The translations under genes were made by a program, and so were the position numbers. The notes under the pieces are model-generated. The model was not told the origin of the DNA. It was given only the letters and a program-made list of their open reading frames with translations, and did no database searches. Shown here piece after piece: positions 52,799-64,000 of a stretch of DNA of 64,000 bases; the stretch's first letter is position 1, and each line of letters starts with the position of its first letter. Origin of the DNA: Basidiobolus meristosporus CBS 931.73 (lineage: Eukaryota; Fungi; Basidiobolomycota); assembly GCA_002104905.1 (NCBI GenBank), contig MCFE01000268.1, forward strand, positions 1 to 64,000, given 5' to 3'.

Positions 52799-53677
52799 AT
52801 GAATTCGGAGCATTATCTTCAACTACCAAAGCCCTTTACCAACCTTAACGAAGCGTCACTCTCTGTACAGTCACCTATTGATCCACCGTATAAAGAGTTT
52901 AGTCACGAAGATACCTCCAGACCATCAAGCACGACTACTTTGTATACATCAAGACAAAGGGATCGTTTATCTTCAATGCCTTCCCTCCCAGTCAACACAT
53001 TCAAGCCTGTGCCTGACAGCTGCCCTGGCCCTGCTTCGAATATTCCTGGCATGAAAAAACCGGTGAGTAGACGGTTGCGAGCCTATAGCTTCAACGATTC
53101 AATACGCCAGTTTCACCCGGATAAGCTTCGTCGAAAGAAGGCGACTAGGAAAAGAGAGTCATATGTAATGCATGGCATAGATATTTTGAACAAGGACAAT
53201 GTAGATAGCGAGGCGGTAATAGATCGCATGCAGCAACAACGAGAGCAACATAACCGAGTTGAACGTCGTCGTCGAGATCTAATCAACTCTTCCATTGAGG
53301 AGTTGTCAGGAATGATTCCCCTGGCTCGGGATCATGGGGTCAAGTTTGCCCGTGGTAATGTGTTACGATTGACCATTGATTTTATCAAAGAGCTACAGCA
53401 AGAGGTTATGCTGCTCAAGTCGGAGAACGAGAATTTGCGAAGCTCTTTGGCGCATCATCAGAATCCCGTCAATTCTCTGCCAGTAATCATTGTCAACCAA
53501 CCCGAAGACACTTTGGTTAGCGGTATACATGCAGCTAATAGCTCAACCAGTTGTGAGAGTGACGTGAGGACACCAACCATCGGTCAGGAGCTATCTCTTG
53601 AGTCAAAGCATACATGCCACCCACCAACCTCCATCACTCAACTTCTGTCGCCAGCTCATTCACCCATCTTTCCCTAA
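52799..53677 (+). CDS. bHLH-leucine-zipper transcription factor (USF/MiT/Cbf1-like basic region)
   Basis: REQHNRVERRRRDLINSSIEELSGMIP...RGNVLRLTIDFIKELQQEVMLLKSENENLR. Confidence 0.9.
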   Translation: MNSEHYLQLPKPFTNLNEASLSVQSPIDPPYKEFSHEDTSRPSSTTTLYTSRQRDRLSSMPSLPVNTFKPVPDSCPGPASNIPGMKKPVSRRLRAYSFNDSIRQFHPDKLRRKKATRKRESYVMHGIDILNKDNVDSEAVIDRMQQQREQHNRVERRRRDLINSSIEELSGMIPLARDHGVKFARGNVLRLTIDFIKELQQEVMLLKSENENLRSSLAHHQNPVNSLPVIIVNQPEDTLVSGIHAANSSTSCESDVRTPTIGQELSLESKHTCHPPTSITQLLSPAHSPIFP

Positions 53678-54311
53678 ATCCACGTCTGCAACCGCCGGAG
53701 ATTGTGCTCATCGCCACAACACAGAACTATTCAGACTGGCTGCTTGGTAGCACCATTATGTAGTTTATGTGTTAGTGTGGATCGGTTGCCATCTCGATCG
53801 ATCAGTTATATAGACAACCACTAAACGACAACATTATACTTAAATGCCAATTTTATCGAATGAATGGTTCTAGCAATGCTGCAGACGACTCACACTCGAG
53901 CTACATTTTGAATACCATCTTTGGCCGGGAATTCATACCATACCGGTATTTAGGTATGTCCCCAGTTGGGTTCATGATTTCCGAAATCTCCCGATTCCTA
54001 TCAATATGTTCATGATAAACTATGGAAAGTTCTGTAAACAGTTGAGTGTGGACCCGTGAAAGCAAAATAATTCCGGTATATACTGTTCGTGGAGTAATAC
54101 CATGTGGTATGAATGATTGGGGGATAGTATACCGTGTCAATGTATACTACTTGATAGTGTTTGAGAACAAGGGCCGTGGTTGCAATGGATGAGTAACATT
54201 TTATCACCTTGATAATCACACCAACCTTGATGATTACGCATCGCTGAAAAAAATACACACTGGAAATATAAAGAGCATTCGCTTCGAGTTTAACTGGTAT
54301 CTTACATTACC

Positions 54312-54833
54312 ATGTCTCTTAAAGCTGCTTACACCGAAGACGCTCCCGCCGCTCTCGGCCCATACTGTAAGTTCATTACTGTTAATTTGACTGGTTCTCT
54401 TCTAACTGTTGAATCTGCTAGCCCAAGCTATTGTCGCCAATGGCTTTGCTTTCGTCTCTGGTCAAATCCCCATGAATCCCAAGACCGGTGAGATCGTTGA
54501 GGGTGGCATCAAAGAGCAAACTGTATGTATACCACGTCATAGGAAAGCCGTGAAGTTCTCGAACTCAACCTCCATGTTTCCCAATTTGTTATATAGCGTC
54601 AGTCTCTTGCCAACCTTGGTGCTGTTTTGAAGGCAGCTGGTAGTGATTTCAGCAAGGTTGTGAAGACCACCGTCTTCTTGAAGGACATGAACAACTTTGT
54701 CCCAATGAACGAGGTCTATGCCGAAATCTTCGGTGATGCCCGCCCTGCTAGAGCCGCTGTCGAAGTCGCCCGCCTTCCCAAGGATGTCATGGTCGAGATC
54801 GAGTGTGTCGCCGTTGCTGGTGCTCACTTGTAA
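54312..54833 (+). CDS. RidA/YjgF/YER057c enamine-imine deaminase (Mmf1/Hmf1-like), 3 exons
   Basis: [25 protein letters not shown]...[19 protein letters not shown]...[21 protein letters not shown]. Confidence 0.95.
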
Positions 54834-56722
54834 TGGGTGTGGGCCAGAGGAAATTTTGTATAGGTTGAATTAAACCATTGTGATTAAAGCGATACTCTGC
54901 TTTCGTTAGTGCACGAGTTGGGGAAGGGGTTTCGAGGTCGATTCAGTTGGGATCAGAATGGCATATCGTCGGTTGAAGTAAGCGTTGGATTCGCTCTGTT
55001 TGTCGCAACAAATCACCCTAGAACGTGGTTGCAGGTTTGATGATTGTCCTAACTAGTTTTCAACCGGCTTGTGATACACACAAATATAGTAGCTGGTTCA
55101 TGCAATGGCCAAAAGCGGGAAATCAGTATGCTTGATAAGTACGCTGGGGGATCAGTTCAACCTGTCTAGATACCGTCAGTATTAATGTGAACAAACGATT
55201 TCTATTATGGTGTTGGAGAGTGATTGCCTTTTTCATGACGAATAGTAAGTCACCCTCCCGCCAATCACTCAACCAAGAGCGATTTCTGGTAGAGATTTCC
55301 TGGAATGGGCAGTGGAGGCTATGGTGTCAGCCGAACCGTACTCTCCTCATAAAATACTTGTGTGTAGCAGCAGTAAGGATGGCTTCCTGTGAACAATTGC
55401 CTCGCTGGTGCGGGCATTCCCAGCAGTGATTTTCTACCCTAGACTTAGCATTGACAGAATGATGACGGCGGTAATAACATCGGGAGCCAATCAAACATCA
55501 TGGCATGCATGGGCTCATCTTCTGGCAAAGTGCTCATGGTTACAATGGGGTTTGGGGGCTGAATCAAGGAGTTTCGCCGGAGGGGGGAGGGCGTCTGAGT
55601 CAGATCAAAACGTGCAAGCGGTATATCTGGATACTGCCACCACCTTGGACTAGAGTACATGTACGAGCATTTAAGGGATGCCGTCATACTTGGATCAGTG
55701 GTAATCACGATTTTGTGGCTACAGCAGCTGGCAGGGAGTGGATGATCAACATGTGGATGACCTCGGATAAAGGGTGTGTTTCCAGGTGTCTAAAAGGGCC
55801 AGACAGGAAGACTGGGGGTTGCTGTCCACAGGGATCCCGCTTGACAGGTAATCGGCCCAATTAGCCGATGCAAAGATTCATTTGGCGTCATCATCAGGTA
55901 ACGACTGAGCGGCAAGGTTTCTCGTCTTCATGGCAACGTCCCGCTAAGGTTGTGGAGGGCGGCTCGCCACACACCCCCGATTTACAGAAAGGTCCCAAAC
56001 CTGTACGATTCGATGTATATGGGCCACCACGGCTCCGCTAAAGGCCTAGATTCCCAAATAATATCGGCAATTATCCCCATACTGAGTAGATCATATGTGA
56101 TCAATAGAGTCGATCTACTGACGCCCTATCCATCATGTACCAGGTTGGCTCGGCATCATTCAGGTGCAAGAAGACGCCTTGACCGGCTTGAGTGTCAGGC
56201 ATTGCGGTGAGTGCATCCTGGTCGGATTCCTTTTGTACACAACACCCTAAATGCAGCACCAATGGTAACGCCAGGCGCAATTTTCTGAGGAATCGGCCGT
56301 TTCCGTGGCCGCTAGTGTGTGATATGTCCATAAAGTGCCGCTGGATTACAGACAGCAGGACTCATAGGTACGGTTATTTAATGGGCATATAGTGGGAATC
56401 GAAGAAATGCAGTGATTGGTATTGGGGCTCACTAAAAGCCTTGTATTATCAGGTGATGGGGGAGTTAGACGCTGGTGACGGAGGTGAGGCATATCTAGAC
56501 CTACTGGTGGAGACCCACAGGTTTCTGGTGGTAAGCAGTCAAGGTTTGTACAGAGTATTTCCCTATTTGATATTCACATACCAGACTGAGAATATTCACC
56601 CGAAAGATTAAAGTAGAAACAAGAATACAGGAGAAAAGTTAAGGTACAGTGGGGCGTATCTTAGTGAAGCTCTGTTTGGAGTGTTGAGCATTGTGGTATC
56701 AAGCATGACCCTTAAGGGGGTC

Positions 56723-57822
56723 TCAGTAAGTGAATTCGAGCATTGATGTAGTGTGTCTACGCTTTTTTAGCGGTGGCTGCTGCAACTGAAATTCTGAGGG
56801 GTTGGTGTGTGATACAGAATTCCAAGTAGCATCTGGATCGGATTCGGCGCTCGTGACAGGGTGTTGAAAGGATTTCGTACGTAGTTTGGGCTGTGACGGG
56901 TTCTTCGGGTCATTCAGCTTGGCGGCGTCTAGTGATAGGTTGCAGCCGGTCCAGTTGGGCTCTTCCGTAGTGGCCGGCATTTTCTTTTTGTTTCCGTACG
57001 GGGAAATGTGGGATTGTTGTTGGAGCATATCGATTTGAATCGACAGGTCGAGTCCAAGAGAGCCAAACCCCGAGTGCGCAGTGTCTGCCTCGTTGAAGTC
57101 CTCCGAGTAGTTAGGCGGCACCAAGGTGGGTGTCTCGGCCATGCTGGACAAAAGGGGGGCTGAGTCGTGGGACAGTTGTAGAGCAGCCGTATCACAGGTA
57201 TGCAGGAGTGTGAGCGAGTCGTGAGAAAGAGTATTACTCGTGTCGTCAAAGTCGCGGAGTCTAACTAAAGAGTGGTACAGAGATTAATATTGTAGAGGAC
57301 ACTCGTATAGCCTTGGAAATAGTTACCTGAGTAGAGAAAGGCATTTGGATGGGGATATTCTTGTGGTTTATCATAGACGTTCAGTCCGTAGGACGTGGAG
57401 GTGTCTTTCAAGTCGAAGGTCGGATTGTTTTGTGGGGTGAAGTGGGAGTATTCTGGCTCTGCTCTGTAAGATGTTGATGGCTGCGAGATAAAGATCGAGC
57501 TTGGGTGGGATAAAGTCAGCTTGGTGGCTTCTATGGGTTTTGGGGAGCCAGTGGCGCTGGATTCCTGGCAACCTTTTTTTAATTTCTGGCGACGATTCTG
57601 AAACCAGATCTGGACTGCACGAGGATGCATCTCTAATTCTTCTGCTAGCTTTACACGAATGTCAGTTTTTGGCTTTGTGGTTTGGTCGAAGACTTCCATC
57701 AATCTAGTGACTTGACGCGCGCTGAGGCGGTTGCGTCGCTTAACTTCTCGAGGCTCAGTAGGTTTGTCAAACTCTGAATCCAAGTCGGATGATGTTGGGA
57801 GGAGAGCTTCAGTTTGACTCAT
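56723..57822 (-). CDS. Homeobox transcription factor, 2 exons
   Basis: RRNRLSARQVTRLMEVF...LAEELEMHPRAVQIWFQNRRQK; a GTAACT..TTAG intron joins it in frame to ORF 56723..57151. Confidence 0.9.
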
Positions 57823-59427
57823 ACTTGTCGATGGTATCCCCAATGCGCAGGTAACAAGAAGAAGGGACAGGGGAAAATGGGAAGTGCTGTTAAATCGGAG
57901 AATGAAAAGAATCTGGTAGAGTTGTGGCAGTGACCCTTGACTTTTATAGCAACAGAAGTCACTAGTGATGCGGGTCAACTGACAATAAAGTCAAGACTAG
58001 CCGACATGATTCGGGATCTTACAATACAGGGTTATTTTATCAACGATATCAAACTAGAAAGAGCACAAAGATTGGATCCCTTTCTATTCTAGTTATGGCC
58101 TTTCTTCAGAAAAAACAGGTGTTATATCTGTCAATGGGATAAGAGAGCATGGCGGATACAAAGGGCCTTCAGTAGAACAGTACACCATCTACATTCGTTT
58201 CAAGGGTTCACAAGATGCTCTTTGACCCTGTGGACAAGGCAGCATTCCCGGCCAACCAACTTGCACAGGCTCTCGCTATGGATGCTTTGTGGTGGCCTTC
58301 AGGTGCGTTCCATGTTCAGTCTGCGCCACATTGACTCATGAGCTTGCAAGGTGAGGGACCGGCTTTGGAAACAACTGGCTCACTTTAGAGAAATGCTCGT
58401 ATTATCATAATCATCAGCCAATCTTCCATTTGGTAAAATCATTGGAGTTCTAAAAATAGTGATGCCATGGAGGGGGACCTTGACCTTCCTATCACTGCCA
58501 AGACGGAGCGATTTGAAGTATCGGAATGCTTTTCAGTTCTATATGGCACTTCAAATACACTGATCTACCCTATCACCTGATGCGGGTGTGCTCACTGTAC
58601 CAAGCCTAGTAGGGTGACAAGTATGGTACAAGAAACTCCTTGCATAGGCTACAATCCTACAATGTTTAGCTACAATGCCACTGAGCACTAACCTACCGGT
58701 TTACCCTCCAGTAATTCTAGTCAGCGGGATTTTATAGTATTGAGACTATATAAAGGGAATCGAGCGAAAAATCTACTACATTTTCCCGATAACCTACTAG
58801 TTTCCCAAACTGGTTGAATCCCAAAACTTGCGGATAAATGGTACTCTTTTATATATTGTATTGATAGTTGGGCGTTGTTGGAACTATCAAGTATTGTACG
58901 TAATTAGTTCAACATTGACGAAATGAACAATTTATACCTAGTCAGTCTAGGCTCGGTGCTGGCTTTGCGCATTTGCTAATTTTTTAGAATTCAAGATGGA
59001 GCATTTTCACGCCGTCTAAATTTCTAAACGCCTTGTGATATCAATTACCAGCTGCATCTGATAGTCTATGTTACAATTTCTTCATAGGAGAGATATCTAT
59101 TTTTTCTCTGGTTAATTGAAATAACTACTGTGTTGGACTTTGAAATGATTAGGTTTAGGTCTTGTGAAAGTAATATATTATTAGAGAATTCATGAACTTA
59201 CTTGTGGAGTATCTCAGCACAAGCATTGCAGAAGTAGAGTAAGGTTCCTTTGGCTCTCTTGAAAGGCACTGAGCACTTCCAACTGATCATCTTGAGCCTT
59301 TTATTGTAGCATCATAATTTTGGCTCTTTGTACTGCAAGCATGAATGAACATTCTCCAGAGTCAGCAACAATTGATTGCTCCACTGCCATTACATGGCCA
59401 GAAGCTAGTCTACACAGCTATTGATAC

Positions 59428-62400
59428 TGTTGTAAAAACTCGTATTTCCACCTAAATATTCACCTAACTTATTCGCTTAGATCATTACCTTCATATCCTA
59501 GAGAATACTGACCAAATTCCATGTCGGGATTTACTTGGAATATTTACCCAGAACATGAAAATTCTCAAAGTTGTCCAAACAGCCCCAAACTTTGCACACA
59601 TGTTCTTGGGACCTTGCTTAACCTATTCTTTGTGTTTTCAATGCCAAGACCATGTAAAAGTATAAATACTACTTTTACATTCAATAAATCATTAAGTGAA
59701 AACCACATAATCTACTTGTCCTCCCAATCACTTCCAATATCTCCAAGACTTTTACAACAGGTTATGAGCCCCAAGCTGTCACTCTCTGCAATGTCTACCA
59801 CCGCTAATACTGGAATTTTTCTCTCTGCTGAAAAGTTGGATGGATCTAACTACCAAGTGTGGAAGGTGAAGATGAAGATGCTGCTACAAGAAAGAGGCCT
59901 TTGGGATATTGTCATGGGAGAAGAATGCCCACCTAGCAACATGGGAGAGGAAGCCTTGAAGTACCAGAAGAAAGATCAAAGTGCCTTTAACTGCATTTGC
60001 CTTAATGTTAAAGACAAATTGCTAATTCAATGCTCAAGAGCAAAAATGGCAAAGAATGCCTGGAAGGCATTAGAAGACACCTACCAGTCATGTTTAGCTG
60101 CTAAGAAAATGTATCTGAGACGAAAATTCTTTACTATAAAGATGCTGCCAGGAGAAGAAATGAAAATTCTAATCAACAGAATTACTCTGCTGGTAGATCA
60201 GATGAAATCTGTGGGCATACCAACTACTGATGAGGATGTGATAGTTAACATCCTGAATAGCCTGACAGACAAGTTTCAGGGCCTTGTCTCAGCCCTAGAG
60301 TCCAGAACCGAAGATTTGACCTTAGATAATGTATATGGAAGGCTCCTGGATGAAGAATTAAGAAAATCAAGGGCAAATAAGAAGGAAGAAGAAAATGCTT
60401 TAATAAGCAATGATAACAAACAAAGGAGGTACCCAAGACCCTACAAAGGTAACAGCAACCTGTTTTGCAACTACTGCAAAAGCAAAGGACACACATCAGA
60501 CCGATGTCTCAAAAAGAAAGATAATCAACAAAAGAAGCCTGAAAATGGAAATGCTGCAACAGCTGAAGATAGACTATTCATATCTGCACTAAATATGACC
60601 ACAAACAAGGATTCTCAGATGTGGTATATTGACTCTGGAGCATCTCAACACTTTACACACCAAAAAGAACTTTTTACCCAATATCAAGAAATTCCAATTA
60701 AGAAGGTTTTCATGGGTGACAATAGTACACTTGATGCAGTGGGAGAAAGAACTATCCAAGTGAACCTAACAAGCAGTGAAAGAAACCATACACTGACTTT
60801 CAAAGAAGTACACTATGTACCAGAAATAGACAAGTACCTACTATCTGTAAGCAAGGCCACTGCAGAAGGACTCAGTTTCAGCTTTGACAATTCTGCATGC
60901 AAGATCACTGATCAAAATGGTGCCCATATTGCTTTGGGCATCAGAGATCAGAATCTATACAAGCTGACTTATATTCCATCATATTTGGAAGCCAATATAT
61001 GTAACTTAAATGAAGAAACACCAATGCTTTGGCACAGGAGATTTGGGCACAACAATTTTGATTATTTGCTCAAAATGATCAAAGATCAGTTAATTTCTGG
61101 AGTGAAAATTGATCCCCCAGCTAATTTGGAGCACTGTGAAGCCTGCATATATGGGAAACAAGCCAGACAACCGCTCAAGAGCTCTGGGTTAATCAAAACT
61201 AAGAAAAAATTAGATCTAATTCACTCAGATCTGTGTGGACCTATGCAAAATTAATCCTTAGGCGGGATGAGGTATTTAATCACTTTTATTGATGATTATA
61301 CAAGATACACATGGGTCTACTTCATGGAGAGAAAGGAAGAAGCGTAGTCTAAGCTCAGGGAGTTTAAAGCCATGGCAGAGAGAGAAACTGGTGAAAAAAT
61401 CAAGAAAATATGCTCTGACAATAGTGGAGAATGCACCTCAAAACTCTTCATCCACTTCTGCAAAATTCATGGGATAGAGCAAGACACTACTGTACCATAC
61501 TCCCCACAGTAGAATGGAGTAGCTGAACATGCTAACAGATCAATAATTGATAATGCAAGATCTATGATCCATGATCAAAAATTATCCTATGATTTTGGGC
61601 AGAATCAGTTGCCACTGCTGTATACCTTAAAAACAGGAGTTATAACAGAATACCTTGTGATTCTACTCCATTCAAAGCATGGTATGGATACAGAGCAAGT
61701 GCAGAACTTTTAAGAATATTTGGGTGTACAGCATATGCCAAAAAACTGGCTGGAAATCAGTCAAAATTTGAGCCAAAAAGTGTAAAATGCATATTTTTAG
61801 GCTGCTGCAATGAGAGTAAGGCATACAGACTCTACAATACCAAAGCAAAGAAGCTGATCAAGTCCAGGGATGTGCTGTTTGATGAAAATTTGAAATTCTC
61901 ACAAAAAATGACATCAGATGATGACAAAAATTTGATCTCAAGTCCACCAATTGTCAGGATTGAATCAGAGCAAAACAATGAGAATTTTTTCACTCCAGAG
62001 GACTCTACAACCATGGTTCAGCCAGAATCAGTGCCTAGCAATATCCCAGCGGTGATCATTCCAGTATCAAATGCCCAGAGATCCAATCAGACAAGAAATA
62101 GCCTAAACTACTATATCAATGAGGGTACAAACTTAGCCTATGCCTATTCAGTTTATATTGATGAGCCCCAGAATGTAAAAGAGGCCCTAAGTAGCTCTCA
62201 GACAAAGTGTTGGAGATCTGCAATGACTGAGGAATATCAGGCTCTGATGGAAAATCAAACTTGGGGCTTAGTCAAATTACCAATCAACCAAAAATCAATT
62301 GGATGCAGATGGGTCTTCAAGACAAAATACAAGGCTGATGGTAGAATTGAAAGATACAAAGCAAGACTTGTAGTCAAAGGATACTCTCAAACAAAAGGAC

Positions 62401-64000
62401 TTGACTATACTGAGACCTTTGCACCGGTAGCCAAGTTTAATTCCATCAGATTAATATTGGCTATTGCAGCCAAATTTAGGTTTTTTATACATCTAATGGA
62501 TGTAAAAACTGCATTTTGAGTTGAGAACTTGCTGTGGATGTGCAAATGGACCAGACTGATGGGTTTGTTGACTAAGGTAACCCCCATTTGGTCCGCAAGC
62601 CTGAAATATCTCTATATGGTCTCAAACAATCATCAAGAGCTTGGAATGACAAGATAGATTCTTATCTGGAATATTGGGTTTCAAAAGTAGTAATGCTGAC
62701 TATATTATATACTATAAGCCACATAGAGCAAATCCAGCTTTATTAGCTCTATATATGGATGACTTTATTACAGCTGCCAATATCCTAGAAACATTGCAAG
62801 AGACTAAATCTAGCCTATCTAAAGAGTTCAAGACATCTTATCTAGGAGAACTCAGTAACTACATAGGGATAAAGTTCTCCATAGACAAAGGTACTCAGAC
62901 TAACACCCTTAGGCAATCCAAGCATACTCAAGATACACTAAAGAAGTACCAAATGGAAAACTGTAAACCAGCAGCTACCCCAATAGAGACAAACTTAACT
63001 TGGTCAAAAATCAACTAAATCAAGAGAGCTTGGTGCCATCCAAAAGCCCTGACTTTTCTTATCAATCTATGGCTGACAGTCTGATGAATATCATGCTTGG
63101 AACACATCCAGATATCTCATACTCAGTGGGAGTTGTCCGCCAGCATGATCAGAACTAGGGATCTGATCATATTGCAGCAGCGGAGCGGATTTTTAGACAC
63201 CTTAAAGGAACTGCTAATATCTATTTAAAATACACTTATAAGGACTCAGAACTGGATTTTGTTGGATTCTCTGATAATGATTGGGGACAAAATTTAGAAG
63301 AGAGAAGGTCCACCTCAGGATATGCCTTTCTTCACTGTCCAGGAACAATTTCATGGAATTCAAGAAAGCAACCAACCATAGCACTTTCTACCACAGAGGC
63401 ACACTATATGACAGCCTGTGAGGCTACAAAAAAAGCAATGCAGTTAAGAAAGCTTTTTACAGATTTAGGCCTATGTCAAAAAACGCCTATTACTTTATTT
63501 CAAGATAAAAAAGGATGTATGCAATTAGGTAGATATCCAACTTTTCATGCTAGAACCATATAAATATATATATATATGGTAGAAATCCAGCTTTTCATGC
63601 TAGAGTTATGCACATAGATATTAGACATCATTTCATATGTGAAGCTATAGAGAATAAATTAGTTAGTTTAGTTTACTGTCTCACATCTGAAAAGATTGCA
63701 GACATATTTATCAAACCATTAGCTAGAGAAGAGTTTGAATATTGTAGGTCAAAATTAGGACTGGTCAGTATGAGCATATAGCTGAGTGGGAGTATTGTCA
63801 AAGTTTGGAACTCCTCTTAAATATTTACCTTTCCTAGTCACTTGGATAGCTACCTTCAGATCCTAGTGAATAATGATCAAATTCCTTGTCAGGATTTACT
63901 AGAATATCTTCACCAAAATACCAGGAACCCAGAACATGAACTTCTCAAAGTAATCCAAAAAGCCCCATACTTTACACACATGTTCTTGGGACCTTTCTTA
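59428..64000 (+). mobile_element. Ty1/copia LTR retrotransposon, near full length, pol disrupted; 3' LTR runs off the window end
   Basis: 5' LTR TGTTG..CAACA (59428-59759); PBS GGTTATGAGCCC; gag, CNYCKSKGHTSDRC knuckle, WYIDSGASQH protease, WHRRFGH/CEAC pre-integrase, RT YKARLVVKGYSQ..GLDYTETFAPV and YMDD, RNase H; PPT GCTGAGTGGGAG at 63781-63792. Confidence 0.96.
59764..61254 (+). CDS. Copia gag-protease-(N-terminal integrase) open frame, ending at a premature stop
   Basis: In-frame ATG inside the PBS; continuous reading to DLCGPMQN-stop. Confidence 0.85.
   Translation: MSPKLSLSAMSTTANTGIFLSAEKLDGSNYQVWKVKMKMLLQERGLWDIVMGEECPPSNMGEEALKYQKKDQSAFNCICLNVKDKLLIQCSRAKMAKNAWKALEDTYQSCLAAKKMYLRRKFFTIKMLPGEEMKILINRITLLVDQMKSVGIPTTDEDVIVNILNSLTDKFQGLVSALESRTEDLTLDNVYGRLLDEELRKSRANKKEEENALISNDNKQRRYPRPYKGNSNLFCNYCKSKGHTSDRCLKKKDNQQKKPENGNAATAEDRLFISALNMTTNKDSQMWYIDSGASQHFTHQKELFTQYQEIPIKKVFMGDNSTLDAVGERTIQVNLTSSERNHTLTFKEVHYVPEIDKYLLSVSKATAEGLSFSFDNSACKITDQNGAHIALGIRDQNLYKLTYIPSYLEANICNLNEETPMLWHRRFGHNNFDYLLKMIKDQLISGVKIDPPANLEHCEACIYGKQARQPLKSSGLIKTKKKLDLIHSDLCGPMQN

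Noticed and set aside
55980-56440. GAAAGGTCCCA ... TGGGGCTCACT resembling RNase MRP P4 strands
   Set aside because: Short motifs expected by chance in 64 kb; no P1 helix or other conserved regions found. A covariance-model (Infernal) search would settle it.
1-64000. CRISPR arrays, rRNA, tRNA genes, hammerhead ribozymes
   Set aside because: No regularly spaced repeats, rRNA-like tract or cloverleaf seen; CTGATGA hits (about 9156, 46124, 60225) lack a paired GAAA core. By-eye scan only.

Overview
Eukaryotic genomic DNA with short (about 45-85 nt) GT-AG introns. The gene content points to an early-diverging fungus (Zoopagomycota/Mucoromycota-like; the genus cannot be fixed from sequence alone). 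The window alternates between two compartments. CpG-rich genic tracts carry a secreted Kre9-like/CBM18 protein, a 7TM GPCR-like protein, a secreted tyrosinase, TIM17, PEX6, acetyl-CoA synthetase, a SAM methyltransferase, a KCH1-like protein, a PP1-docking microprotein, a degenerate CAF16-like ABC protein, a bHLH-ZIP factor, RidA and a homeobox factor. Almost CpG-free transposon blocks lie at about 1-1.9 kb (stacked LINE 3' ends), about 32.8-46 kb (nested Copia/Gypsy remnants and solo LTRs with target-site duplications) and about 59.1-64 kb (a Ty1/copia element). The most unusual signals are head-to-tail LINE tails ending in a hairpin plus telomere-like CCCTAA, a 69-aa stand-alone neurabin/Bni4-type PP1-docking protein, a CAF16-like ABC protein with lost catalytic motifs, and a Copia whose two LTRs disagree. 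Gene models were spliced and alignments made by eye; no searches were run.
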